From a virus (Duplodnaviria > Caudoviricetes): 40,059 nucleotides of DNA. The notes under the pieces were generated by a model, which saw nothing but the letters and a program-made list of their open reading frames with translations, did no database searches and was not told the DNA's origin. The position numbers and the translations under genes are program-made. Below are positions 27,791 to 36,846 of the stretch, in pieces (the first letter of the stretch is position 1; every line of letters begins with the position of its first letter). The DNA lies in the IMG/VR virus record IMGVR_UViG_3300048576_000513, positions 1 to 40,059 of that record; one strand, written 5' to 3'.

Positions 27791-28057
27791 ATGAACCCCC
27801 TCCTCTCCCGCAAGCTCGTAATGGGCCTGGTGGCAATCGCCGGCATCGCCTTTTCGGCCAAGCTCGGTTTGTCCCGGGAGGCTCTCTATGCTCTCAGCCT
27901 CGTAGCCCTGGCCTGTAGCGGCTCCCAGGCCGTCCAGGACCTGTGCAAGGCCCTTGTCGAGGTTCTGCATGCCTGGTCGGACCTCAAGCCCTTCATCCTG
28001 AGCCAGGAGCAACCGCCATGCGCTCCGCCCTCTGCGCCCTCGTCGCCGTCCTCGTAG
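27791..28057 (+). CDS. Putative holin
   Basis: SRKL motif and two hydrophobic helices after the endolysin. Confidence 0.6.
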   Translation: MNPLLSRKLVMGLVAIAGIAFSAKLGLSREALYALSLVALACSGSQAVQDLCKALVEVLHAWSDLKPFILSQEQPPCAPPSAPSSPSS

Positions 28058-28188
28058 CGCTGGGGCTGCAAGGCTGCGCCTCGATCCTTGGATTCGATGT
28101 GCGTTTCGGGGTGCCTCGCCAGTTTTGGACCAACACCACAACCGGACCCGACCGATGCGACACGGGCCCGATGATCGACAGGAGATAG
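28018..28188 (+). CDS. Small lipoprotein
   Basis: MRSALCALVAVLVALGLQG|C lipobox. Confidence 0.55.
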   Translation: MRSALCALVAVLVALGLQGCASILGFDVRFGVPRQFWTNTTTGPDRCDTGPMIDRR

Positions 28189-28191
28189 ACC

Positions 28192-28476
28192 ATGCGCAAG
28201 ATCATCATCGCCATTCTCGTCGTGTCCGCCCTGGGCCTGGCCGGGTGTGCCGGCAAGACCATCACCGGCGCCTCTGGTCAACAAACCTCCACCGTGCCCG
28301 CCACGGTCTCCACCGCCCTGACCCAGGCTGCCGGCGTCATGCAGGCGATTGCCACACTTCCGCCGGCGCCGGTGGATGATGCCACGCAAAAGCAACTCGC
28401 CGGCTGGAAGGCTTGGGCGGCATATCTGGCCCCTCTCGTCGGCGTGGCGGCCAAGGCCGTAATCTCGGGGTTGTAG
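28192..28476 (+). CDS. Lipoprotein
   Basis: LAG|C lipobox, AGGAG RBS, hydrophobic C-terminus. Confidence 0.75.
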   Translation: MRKIIIAILVVSALGLAGCAGKTITGASGQQTSTVPATVSTALTQAAGVMQAIATLPPAPVDDATQKQLAGWKAWAAYLAPLVGVAAKAVISGL

Positions 28477-28479
28477 GCC

Positions 28480-29400
28480 ATGCGCATCGTCAGCATCGAT
28501 GGCGGCGGGATCAAGGGCTATCTCCCGGCCCTCGTGCTCGCCATGCTCGAGACGCAAACCGGGAAGCCCATAGGCGCCATGGCCGGCATGCTGGCAGGCA
28601 CGTCCACCGGTGCGATCCTGGCGCTCGGGCTGGCCGCCGGCATCCCCGCCCTCGAAATGGCCAACTTCTATCGCTCCAAGGGCCCGGCCATCTTCCGGCG
28701 GTCCTGGGGCAAACGGCTGCGGTCCTGCTTCGGCGTGGCGGATGAGCAGTACAGCAACTATGCCCTCCACACTGGCCTGCGCGAAATCTTCGGCGACAGG
28801 AAGCTCTCCGACCTCATCACGCCCTGCATGGCCGTGGCCTACGAGATCGAGACGCGCCAGGCCGTTTTTTTCACGTCCTGGGATGCCACGCGCGACCCGC
28901 ACCGGGACTTCTCGCTTGTGGACGTGGCCATGGGAAGCGCGGCGGCCCCCACCTATTTCGAACCATGGCCGACCATGAGCGTGACCGGGGACCGGCTGGC
29001 CTGCGTGGACGGAGGGGTGGCGGCCAATAATCCGGGCCTGTGCGCCGTGGTCGAAGCGATCAAGCGGGGTTCCCTGCTCGATTCCGTCAGCCTCGTGTCT
29101 CTTGGAACCGGGCAGGAGGATCGGCCTTACCTCCTCCGTCTCGCGCGCAACTGGGGCCTGGCTGCCTGGTCCCGGCCGCTCCTGGATATCCTGTTCGCCG
29201 CAGCCTCCGACGTCACGGATCACCACTGCCGGAATTTGCTCGGGCAGCGGTATGTACGGCTCCAGCAGGATTTCAGCGAGCCTGTGGGGATGGATCAGAC
29301 GGACGACCGTGCGTGGGCTGTCATGCGCATGTGCGCGGGGAAGATCGCGGGACGACCGGAGATGGAGCAGGCCATGCGGCTGCTTGGAGAGGAGGCGTAG
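28480..29400 (+). CDS. Patatin-like phospholipase
   Basis: DGGGIKG, GTSTG, SAAAPTYF, DGGVAANNP, SLGTG. Confidence 0.95.
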   Translation: MRIVSIDGGGIKGYLPALVLAMLETQTGKPIGAMAGMLAGTSTGAILALGLAAGIPALEMANFYRSKGPAIFRRSWGKRLRSCFGVADEQYSNYALHTGLREIFGDRKLSDLITPCMAVAYEIETRQAVFFTSWDATRDPHRDFSLVDVAMGSAAAPTYFEPWPTMSVTGDRLACVDGGVAANNPGLCAVVEAIKRGSLLDSVSLVSLGTGQEDRPYLLRLARNWGLAAWSRPLLDILFAAASDVTDHHCRNLLGQRYVRLQQDFSEPVGMDQTDDRAWAVMRMCAGKIAGRPEMEQAMRLLGEEA

Positions 29401-29402
29401 GC

Positions 29403-29678
29403 ATGGCCATCGAACAGGCGACCGGCTCAGTGATTCTTGATGGGCTCGCCAATTTGGGAGCCTATGGGGCCATGGGTGCCGTGATCGTTTGGTTTATCAA
29501 ACGTGAATTCACGGGCCTGAAAAGCCGGATCGACTGTTTCGAAAAGGCACAGCATGCATGCCAAGTTTCCAACGCCAGAGAGTTCGCAACCAAGGATGAC
29601 ATCTCCAGAGTCTGGGAACGTGTGGATGAGCACGCGGAAGACATCGCCCATATCAAGGGGAAGTTGGAAGCGCGATAG
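29403..29678 (+). CDS. Membrane-anchored coiled-coil protein (lysis-associated)
   Basis: One TM helix then coiled coil; AGGAGG RBS. Confidence 0.65.
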   Translation: MAIEQATGSVILDGLANLGAYGAMGAVIVWFIKREFTGLKSRIDCFEKAQHACQVSNAREFATKDDISRVWERVDEHAEDIAHIKGKLEAR

Positions 29679-29985
29679 CCAAAACCTCGCGGCGGCTCTA
29701 CCCGGCCGCCGATATGCCCGGGCAGGCCAAAGAAGCCCCGGGCGAACGGATAAACGGGCACCTCTTTTCGGAAGGCATGTGTCGATCGGGTGAGCCTGCC
29801 CCGGGGGAATCCAGCGTTAAGCCCCGTCACCAATGACCGCTGGGCATGCGCGGTAGGCCCGATATTTCGCGGGGGAGAGGCACAGAATCAGGGCCGGGTT
29901 CCTGGGGTTTCTACGGGGAGGGTTGCGCCTTGAGCGCAGCAATCCGCGAACGAAATTGAACGCAAAGCAGAGGAGGTGATGACCT

Positions 29986-30135
29986 ATGGCGGCAACGACT
30001 CGCAGGGGCGTGGCCAGGGTGACCGGACAGGCGCGGGCCAGGACCGGCGGCGCGCGCGGCGCGAACATCGTCCGGGCCATGGCGGCCCGCAGCGGCGGCA
30101 GCCCCACCATCAAGCGGGGCAAGAAGTTCCGTTAA
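29986..30135 (+). CDS. Small Arg/Gly/Ala-rich basic peptide
   Basis: AGGAGGTGA RBS; MAATTRRGVAR...KRGKKFR, 49 aa. Confidence 0.65.
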   Translation: MAATTRRGVARVTGQARARTGGARGANIVRAMAARSGGSPTIKRGKKFR

Positions 30136-31520
30136 CCAACCAGCGCGTTCAGCTTGGCGTCGGGCCTCGCCTCAGGTCGGTAGAAATACGTGGTCGGGGG
30201 GAGCTCGATGCCAAGCAAGGGCGCAAGATCGTGGCACCAGAGGCGGCCATTTTTATGCAGCGCACCCCACTTGGCCTTCGCAAGAAACTTTTCAGCCAAA
30301 GAGCCGGCCAGCGGCACAGGCTTAGGGAAAGCCTTGAGAAGCGCCTCATAGTCCGCGAGGCATTCGGTTTCCGGGTTGCCGGTCGCTTCCAGACCATCCA
30401 AGGGGTTCGCCACTTTCTCCGGCCGCTTGCCCAGCCGGGAATAGCTCACACCGGGCACGTCCAGCCCCATCTTTTGCGCCACGAAGCCGCCGTCCAGGAA
30501 CATATCCCCATGCGCGGTCAGCTTGAGCGCCGCCAGGAAATGATCCTTCTGCCCTCGATCCTCGAACACGATTTCAAACCGGGATTTGTCGGAGAAGTAG
30601 ACCGACACCCAAAATCCGGCGTCGGTCATCGAGGCGTCTTTGTTGGCCATCTGCTTGGCCTGGGCATTGAGCTTGGAGTACCGGCTTTCCTCGGGGGCCA
30701 TTGGCTTCGGAATGGTCATCTTCTGGGACGGCCTGGTGAACGAAAAACGCTTCGGAGCCTCGGGTTTCGGGGCATCCATCGCGGCCAGCGCATCGGCCTT
30801 GGGCAGCGCATCCATGGAGCCATATTTTTCAAGTGCCCGCTCCAACCGGAACACCTCCAGATCCATCATCGGAAAAAATTCCAGGCATCGGGCATAGTCC
30901 CGGGGGAAATGTTTCTTGAGATTCCAGGCGTACAGCAGGTACAGGCCGTCGAAGGTGCGCCCAAAGGCCTGATACTCCGGGGAAAGGCGCACGCCATTGT
31001 CTTTCAGGGCCTTGACGATATCGTCCTTGCGCCAGTCCCAAATCGGATAGAACACGCGCCGGCTGTCGTTCCAGGCCCCGTGCTTTTTGATGGCGCTCGC
31101 CCGTTGGATCGAGTCAGCCGCACGCACCCCTATCGCCGTCCACGAATTTTCTGGGAGCCCGGCCGAAAGCTCGGCCAGCCGGGAAACGTCATCCCAATCG
31201 AATTGCGGCAGGTTGGCCGCGTAGAGCACCGGATATCGCTCCGGGGCCTGAAAAACCATCCCCTCGAACATCATGTGCAGCACGGGCGAAGGCAATCGCA
31301 CGATATGCGTGCCGAGCTTGGCCTCGCAGTAGGCAAGGTATTCTTCCACCACCTCAAGCCCTGGCACCATATAGTAATAGTAGGGAATGATTTCAAAGTG
31401 ATCCCGAAGGGTAAAGGCAACCCCCCAAGCGTCTTTCCCGCCGGAGAATGCAACCAAGCACTTTTCCGGGTTCGGGCTATTTTCGCGAACATGCTGAATT
31501 ATTTCTTTTAGCGATTGCAT
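30132..31520 (-). CDS. PAPS-reductase-like PP-loop protein with C-terminal extension
   Basis: VAFSGGKDA, GVRAADSIQR, YPIWDW, FGRTFDG. Confidence 0.82.
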   Translation of the reverse strand: MQSLKEIIQHVRENSPNPEKCLVAFSGGKDAWGVAFTLRDHFEIIPYYYYMVPGLEVVEEYLAYCEAKLGTHIVRLPSPVLHMMFEGMVFQAPERYPVLYAANLPQFDWDDVSRLAELSAGLPENSWTAIGVRAADSIQRASAIKKHGAWNDSRRVFYPIWDWRKDDIVKALKDNGVRLSPEYQAFGRTFDGLYLLYAWNLKKHFPRDYARCLEFFPMMDLEVFRLERALEKYGSMDALPKADALAAMDAPKPEAPKRFSFTRPSQKMTIPKPMAPEESRYSKLNAQAKQMANKDASMTDAGFWVSVYFSDKSRFEIVFEDRGQKDHFLAALKLTAHGDMFLDGGFVAQKMGLDVPGVSYSRLGKRPEKVANPLDGLEATGNPETECLADYEALLKAFPKPVPLAGSLAEKFLAKAKWGALHKNGRLWCHDLAPLLGIELPPTTYFYRPEARPDAKLNALVG

Positions 31521-31534
31521 ACGGGGATAGTCTC

Positions 31535-31978
31535 ATGGAAAAGAAGAAAAAGCAAGCAAAAAAGAAAGGCAGTAAGCTAAGAAAATATAGCCAGGCAAAG
31601 GTAGTCAAGGCCATTGAGGGGACAGGTGGGATTATAACCGAGATCGCCACGCGCCTCGGATGCCAGCGTGCCACAGTCTACGCCTACCTTGACGCCTTCC
31701 CTAAGATCAAGGCTGCGTATGACGAAGAGCGTGACTCTGTATGTGACGTGGCAAGATCGAACATAGTAGAGTCAATCTTCAATGGTAACGTCGATGACTC
31801 AAAGTGGTGGGTGGAGAGGCGAGATCCTGAATTCATGACAAAACAACAGGTACAGGCCGACGTGAAAACTTCCGGCGGCGTCTTGGTCGTCCCGGGTGTG
31901 GCCGCCGACCCCTCCGCATGGGAGGAGGCAGCCAAGGCACAACAGGCCGAAGTATTAAAGGGCGGGAATGCTGAATAA
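31535..31978 (+). CDS. terS: Terminase small subunit
   Basis: HTH IATRLGCQRATVYAYL, directly upstream of terL. Confidence 0.75.
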   Translation: MEKKKKQAKKKGSKLRKYSQAKVVKAIEGTGGIITEIATRLGCQRATVYAYLDAFPKIKAAYDEERDSVCDVARSNIVESIFNGNVDDSKWWVERRDPEFMTKQQVQADVKTSGGVLVVPGVAADPSAWEEAAKAQQAEVLKGGNAE

Positions 31979-33359
31979 TACGGTTTGGAAGCCCCAGCCC
32001 GGGTCTCAGCCTCTTTTCTTGAGCTGCCCCATTTTCGAGTGTCTGTATGAGGGCACGCGGGGGCCTGGGAAGACGGACTCCCTGCTCATGGACTTCGCCC
32101 AGCACGTGGGACAAGGGTTTGGCCCGGCATGGCGCGGCATTCTCTTCCGGCGTGAGTACAAAGAGCTTCAGGACGTTGTCACCAAATCCAAGAAATGGTT
32201 CCACCAGATTTTCCCCAACGCTCGCTTCCTTGAAAGCCAATCAGATTACAAGTGGCGCTTCAAGGATGGCGAGGAATTGCTTTTTCGGACAGCCAAAAAG
32301 GCGGATGATTACTGGAACTACCACGGCCACGAATACCCCTGGATCGGCTGGGAAGAACTGACGAACTGGGCAAGCTCGGCACTGTACGAGGATATGACGT
32401 CCGTGTGCCGCTCGTCGCATTCGGGTGTCCCGAGAAAGTACCGGGCCACGGCCAACCCTTATGGCCCTGGCCACAACTGGGTCAAGGCACGTTTTATCGA
32501 TCCGGCCCCGCGCGGGACAGTTATTCAGGACGAGCATGGGCGGCCTCGCGTGTGCCTGCATGGCTCGATCTATGAGAATAAGATCCTTCTGGCGGCCGAT
32601 CCGCAGTACCTCAAAAACCTCGAAGCCATCACCGAGGAGAACAAGCGGAAGGCCTGGCTTGAAGGATGTTGGGACATCACGGCAGGTGGCGCGATTGATG
32701 ACGTTTGGCTTGCCTCAAAGCATGTCCTTTCGCCTTTCTCGATCCCATCCTCCTGGCGGCTGGACCGCTCTTTCGACTGGGGGTCATCGCACCCATTCTC
32801 TGTCGGCTGGTGGGCGGAATCGGATGGCACAGAGGCCACAATGCCGGACGGCACGAAGCGGTGTTGGCCCCGGGGAACGCTTTTCCGGGTGTCCGAGTAT
32901 TACGGCTGGAATGGCAAGCCGAACGAGGGTTGCCGGATGATAGCCACGGAGATTGCCCGAAAGATTAGGGAGATCGAAAAGAACTTCAAGCGTTCCGTAA
33001 ACCCAGGCCCCGCCGATGGTTCCATTTTTGACGCCCAAAATGGCGTCTGTATCGCGGACGACATGGCCCGGGCTGGCGTCCGGTGGGAGCGTGCCGACAA
33101 GTCGCCCGGGAGCCGCCTCAACGGCCTTGAGCGTCTACGCAAATACCTTGCCGCCGCCCATAAAGCGCCCATGGAAGAGCCGGGCTTGTTCGTTTTCGAC
33201 ACCTGCCGGCATTTCATCCGCACGGTGCCGGTCCTCCCCCGTAACGAGCGCAACCCGGACGACATCGACACCAGTGCCGAAGACCACATCTACGACGAGA
33301 CCCGGTACCGGGTTCTCGTTGTGAAGCATTCCACCACCATCGTCGATTTCCCCCTGTGA
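31968..33359 (+). CDS. terL: Terminase large subunit
   Basis: GTRGPGKT, IGWEELT, TANP, FDWGS, EDHIYDETRY. Confidence 0.95.
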   Translation: MLNNTVWKPQPGSQPLFLSCPIFECLYEGTRGPGKTDSLLMDFAQHVGQGFGPAWRGILFRREYKELQDVVTKSKKWFHQIFPNARFLESQSDYKWRFKDGEELLFRTAKKADDYWNYHGHEYPWIGWEELTNWASSALYEDMTSVCRSSHSGVPRKYRATANPYGPGHNWVKARFIDPAPRGTVIQDEHGRPRVCLHGSIYENKILLAADPQYLKNLEAITEENKRKAWLEGCWDITAGGAIDDVWLASKHVLSPFSIPSSWRLDRSFDWGSSHPFSVGWWAESDGTEATMPDGTKRCWPRGTLFRVSEYYGWNGKPNEGCRMIATEIARKIREIEKNFKRSVNPGPADGSIFDAQNGVCIADDMARAGVRWERADKSPGSRLNGLERLRKYLAAAHKAPMEEPGLFVFDTCRHFIRTVPVLPRNERNPDDIDTSAEDHIYDETRYRVLVVKHSTTIVDFPL

Positions 33360-33367
33360 GGTCCACC

Positions 33368-34897
33368 ATGTCCACCGCCCCCAACACCGCCAACGTCAAT
33401 ACCCCCTCCCTCGCCTGCCAGGATATGGAACAGGCCCGGGCCCTCCCCCGCACGCTCATGGGCGGGACGAAAGCCATGCGCGATGCCGGCCGGGAATACC
33501 TGCCCCAGGAGCCGGCCGAGAGCGCCCAGAACTACGACAACCGCCTTTCCCGATCTGTTCTTTTCAACGTCTACGGCCAGGCCGTAGAGGACCTCACCGG
33601 CAAGGTTTTTTCGAAGCCGGTCCACTCGCAGGATGACGTCCCCGAGGATATGGCCTCTTGGCTCGAAAATATCGACCTCGCAGGGAACGACCTCAACACC
33701 TTCGCCAAGAAGGTCTTCGAGGACGCTTTCCATGGTGTCTCGTACATCCTGGTCGATTACCCGCGGGTGATGACTAGCGGCACTCTGGAGGAGGAACGCA
33801 AGGCCGGGGCACGGCCCTACTGCGTCCATGTGCCCTGCCAGAACCTCATCGGCTGGAAGTCCGCCAGGATCAACGGCGTGGAGACGCTGACGCAGGTGCG
33901 AATCCGAGAGATGAGTGTGGAGGCGGACGGCGAATGGGGCGAGAAGGCTGTTTGCCGGGTGCGGGTGCTGGACCTGAAGCCGGGCGCCGAAGGGGAACCT
34001 CGCTGCTTTTTCACGGTGTGGGAACCGGTGAAGGATGCCCAGGGCAAGGAGACTTGGCGAATAAACATGGAAATGTCTGGCATCATGTCCATCGGCCTCA
34101 TTCCCATGGTGGCGGTCTACACGAAGCGCACGGACTTCATGGCCGGCAAGCCGCCCTTGGCTGATTTGGCGGACCTGAACTGCCTGCACTGGCAGAAATG
34201 GTCCGACCAAAACCAGATTGAGCATGTGGCCAGCGTGCCGGTTCTGTTCTTCACGGGATTCACGCCCACCGAAAGCGGTAAACCCGCCGTCACAGAGATC
34301 GCGGCAAGCAAGATGCTTACGGACACCAACCCGGAAGCAAACCTCCGCTATGTCGAGCACTCCGGCGCAGCCATCGGGGCCAACCGCGAGTCCCTGAAAG
34401 ACCTCGAGGACCGCATGGCCAAGATGGCCCTTGACCCCATGGTCACCCGGCCCGGCAACGTGACGGCCACGGCCACCAGCGTGGACACGGCCAAGGCCAG
34501 TTGTCCTCTTCAGGCCTGGGCCTGGGAACTTCAGGACTCGCTCGAGCGCATGCTCCAGTACATGGGCGCGTGGGTCGGGAAGAAGCCCGAGGAGTGCGGC
34601 GGCATCAACGTGAACAGCGACTTCGGCCTGTCCGTGACCGACATGACCCTGGCCGAGATGACGCAGGCGTATCAGGCCGGGCTGCTCTCGCGCCAGACCA
34701 TCTGGGCCGAGATGCAGCGCCGGGGCCGGCTGTCGGATGACTTCAACGCCGAGGAGGAGATGGACCGCCTCATGACCGAAGCCCGGGACGGGACGGTCCA
34801 GTCGGCGGCTACTCGGTTTCTGAATCCGGGCCGGGCTCCCGTGGGGACTGGCCCGACGGGCGGGGCCCCTCAGCTGGGGCAAGGGGAAGCTGCGTGA
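33368..34897 (+). CDS. Portal protein (DUF4055 type)
   Basis: GGTKAMRDAGREYLPQ..Y..RL, ILVDYP, PPLADLADLN; follows terL. Alternative GTG start at 33356. Confidence 0.9.
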   Translation: MSTAPNTANVNTPSLACQDMEQARALPRTLMGGTKAMRDAGREYLPQEPAESAQNYDNRLSRSVLFNVYGQAVEDLTGKVFSKPVHSQDDVPEDMASWLENIDLAGNDLNTFAKKVFEDAFHGVSYILVDYPRVMTSGTLEEERKAGARPYCVHVPCQNLIGWKSARINGVETLTQVRIREMSVEADGEWGEKAVCRVRVLDLKPGAEGEPRCFFTVWEPVKDAQGKETWRINMEMSGIMSIGLIPMVAVYTKRTDFMAGKPPLADLADLNCLHWQKWSDQNQIEHVASVPVLFFTGFTPTESGKPAVTEIAASKMLTDTNPEANLRYVEHSGAAIGANRESLKDLEDRMAKMALDPMVTRPGNVTATATSVDTAKASCPLQAWAWELQDSLERMLQYMGAWVGKKPEECGGINVNSDFGLSVTDMTLAEMTQAYQAGLLSRQTIWAEMQRRGRLSDDFNAEEEMDRLMTEARDGTVQSAATRFLNPGRAPVGTGPTGGAPQLGQGEAA

Positions 34898-35069
34898 GTT
34901 CGCGGAGAAAAAGGGCTTTGCCTCGGGCTAAGTCGCGTTGCCTGTGCGGCAAGGACAGATCGATGCGGAAAACGCCGTTCTCCATATCCTTGGTGGCGCG
35001 CTCGAAATATTTCCGGCGCCTTTCGCGCGCCTCTTCCCGCGTTTCGACGCGGGGTTTCTCGTCAGGCAT
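34809..35069 (-). CDS. Possible small protein (MPDEKPRVET...)
   Basis: Protein-like composition, but competes with + ORF 34894-35082. Confidence 0.3.
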   Translation of the reverse strand: MPDEKPRVETREEARERRRKYFERATKDMENGVFRIDLSLPHRQRDLARGKALFLRELTQLPLAPAEGPRPSGQSPREPGPDSETE

Positions 35070-35083
35070 GACGGAGGCGTAGC

Positions 35084-36208
35084 ATGGGCGAAACCAACGG
35101 GCAAGCGCTGTACGACACCTACCAATGGGCACGCAGCATCGTCTGGAGGGCGCAGCTCGACCAGTTCGAAGCCGAAGCCCTCCTTTCCATCCTGGCCACC
35201 CTCGACAAGGGCCGCCGCGAGGTCATGCGCGAGTTCCAGGCCCGCTACGCCGGCGCGAACCTTTCCGACTGGCAGGAGGCCCGGCTTGAAGCCCTGCTTT
35301 ACGAGGTGGAGGATTTAACCGCGGGCGTTCGGTCGGAGCTCACGCAGCAGTACACCACCATGTCCGTGACCGTGGCCGCGCCGACGCTCACCGAAACCGT
35401 GGGCGCCCTGTCCGTGGCCGGCCTGGCCAAGGGCGTGAACAATGTGGCGCTCTCCCCGACGCAGCTTCGGACCTTCTTCCAGGAAACACCCCTGGGTGGC
35501 CGGCTGATCCAGGAGTGGGTGGACCGCACCTTCGACTTCAACATCCAGGGCCAGATTCGGCAGGCCATCAACGTGGGCGTGCTGCGGGGAGAAGGCTATC
35601 CGGGGCTGGTGCGGCGGATGGAAGACGGGTTCGGGATGGCCCGGCAGGACGCCATTTCTTTGACGAGAACTTTTGTAAGTAGCGCAAACAATCAGGCAAG
35701 AGATATGGTGTATCGCGAAAATCGCGATATAGTAAAGAAGTGGCGTTGGCTTACGGCGTCGGATAATAGAGTTTGTCCGATTTGTCTTGCATTGCATGGT
35801 AGAGAGTTTAAGATAGGGGAAGGCCCGGAAACCCCCAAGCACATACGCTGCCGATGTGTACGCTTGCCCGTTACAGTCACTTGGCGTGAACTTGGTATTG
35901 ATATAGACGAAATGCAACACGAGCTTGACCGCTGGGTGGTTCGTGGGCGGGAGGGCGAGAACGGCGAGATTCTGGTTCGGGGCGTGCATGAGGGCGGGAA
36001 AGACCCTGTTCTTCGTGTTGGGCGTTACAAGAACGCCGACGCATTTTGGGACAGCATGTCCGACGCGGAGAAGGCCAGCACGAGCATGGGACCGGGCCGG
36101 ACGGCATTGCTGAACTCGGGAGACATCAAGATGGCGGATTTGATTCGGGAGGACTTTCAGCCCAGGACGCTCAACGAGTTGAAGGCGTTGGCGGCGTCCA
36201 GGGGTTAA
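35084..36208 (+). CDS. Head morphogenesis protein (SPP1 gp7/Mu F family)
   Basis: RT..SSANN, W...DNRVCPIC..LHG, PKHIRCRC; follows portal. Confidence 0.93.
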   Translation: MGETNGQALYDTYQWARSIVWRAQLDQFEAEALLSILATLDKGRREVMREFQARYAGANLSDWQEARLEALLYEVEDLTAGVRSELTQQYTTMSVTVAAPTLTETVGALSVAGLAKGVNNVALSPTQLRTFFQETPLGGRLIQEWVDRTFDFNIQGQIRQAINVGVLRGEGYPGLVRRMEDGFGMARQDAISLTRTFVSSANNQARDMVYRENRDIVKKWRWLTASDNRVCPICLALHGREFKIGEGPETPKHIRCRCVRLPVTVTWRELGIDIDEMQHELDRWVVRGREGENGEILVRGVHEGGKDPVLRVGRYKNADAFWDSMSDAEKASTSMGPGRTALLNSGDIKMADLIREDFQPRTLNELKALAASRG

Positions 36209-36210
36209 GC

Positions 36211-36453
36211 TCAGCCGGCATCATCGAACAAATCTTTCGGCCGAAGCCCAAGCGCCCCGGCAATCTTCTGAAGATTCTTGAGCGTCAGGGTGTCAATCCC
36301 GGCTGCGCCATCCCTCCTGGCTTTCCGGATCGTGACGAGAGAAAGCCCCGAGGCCTTTGCCAGGCCTTCCATGGTGAAGCCCTTCAGGCGGGCCAATTCG
36401 TCGATCCGGCTTTTCACCCGCATTCCCTGAAACATTTCTTTCCCCTTGGTCAA
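36211..36453 (-). CDS. XRE-family HTH regulator divergent from the Cas7-like cassette
   Basis: TMEGLAKASGLSLVTIRK...LQKIAGALGLRPKDLF; start uncertain. Confidence 0.85.
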   Translation of the reverse strand: MTKGKEMFQGMRVKSRIDELARLKGFTMEGLAKASGLSLVTIRKARRDGAAGIDTLTLKNLQKIAGALGLRPKDLFDDAG

Positions 36454-36525
36454 TGCCGGAAGTCCCCAATCTGTGGCCAGTCAAGGTTATTTACTTTCAT
36501 GCAGATGCCATAAAAATACCGCACC

Positions 36526-36561
36526 GTCACGCTTGACGTGACTACTGCCTGATAGTATTCT
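36526..36561 (+). promoter_or_regulatory. Cassette promoter with operator over the -35
   Basis: TTGACG (36533-38)-17 nt-TATTCT (36556-61); GTCACG-N5-CGTGAC at 36526-42. Confidence 0.75.
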
Positions 36562-36594
36562 TTCATAACACTTGGCGAGCAATGGGCCTGTCAT

Positions 36595-36846
36595 GGTGTG
36601 GCTCGCTGGGGCGCGGCTCAGATTGGTTTGGCGCGTTGCGGTGAAGCACGGCAAGGCGTTGTCTGGTGTGCCAGGGCGTGGGACGGCAAGGCTTGGAAAC
36701 AAATTTCTCGTGGCTTGGCGTGGGTGCCGATGTGGGGCGAGGTAAGGCGAGGCGCGCCGATGCTCGGTTTGGGTAAATTTTTTCATGGCGAGGCACGCCC
36801 GGGCGGTGTGAGCCGGGGTGGTGCTAGGCGTGTCAAGGCAAGGAAC
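36595..36846 (+). ncRNA. Upstream array of three GGY-NN pentamer tracts (putative guide RNAs)
   Basis: 5-nt register at 36595-36699 (13 of 21 units start GGY), 36712-36775, 36787-36846; A/T linkers AAATTTCTCGT and AAATTTTTTCAT. Confidence 0.8.

Noticed and set aside
28480-29400. CBASS system (CapV-like effector)
   Set aside because: No CD-NTase or other CBASS genes; context is lysis.
29976-31511. 511-aa plus-strand ORF
   Set aside because: Antisense shadow of the motif-bearing minus-strand PP-loop gene.
33290-34882. Long antisense ORFs (also 20380-22185, 27886-29226)
   Set aside because: Expected opposite GC-rich genes; no motifs.
36712-36846. Targets for upstream tracts 2 and 3 (also downstream tracts 1 and 5)
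   Set aside because: Only 4-5 dinucleotide matches found by eye (e.g. EGEN, RGEG in gp7), which is chance level.
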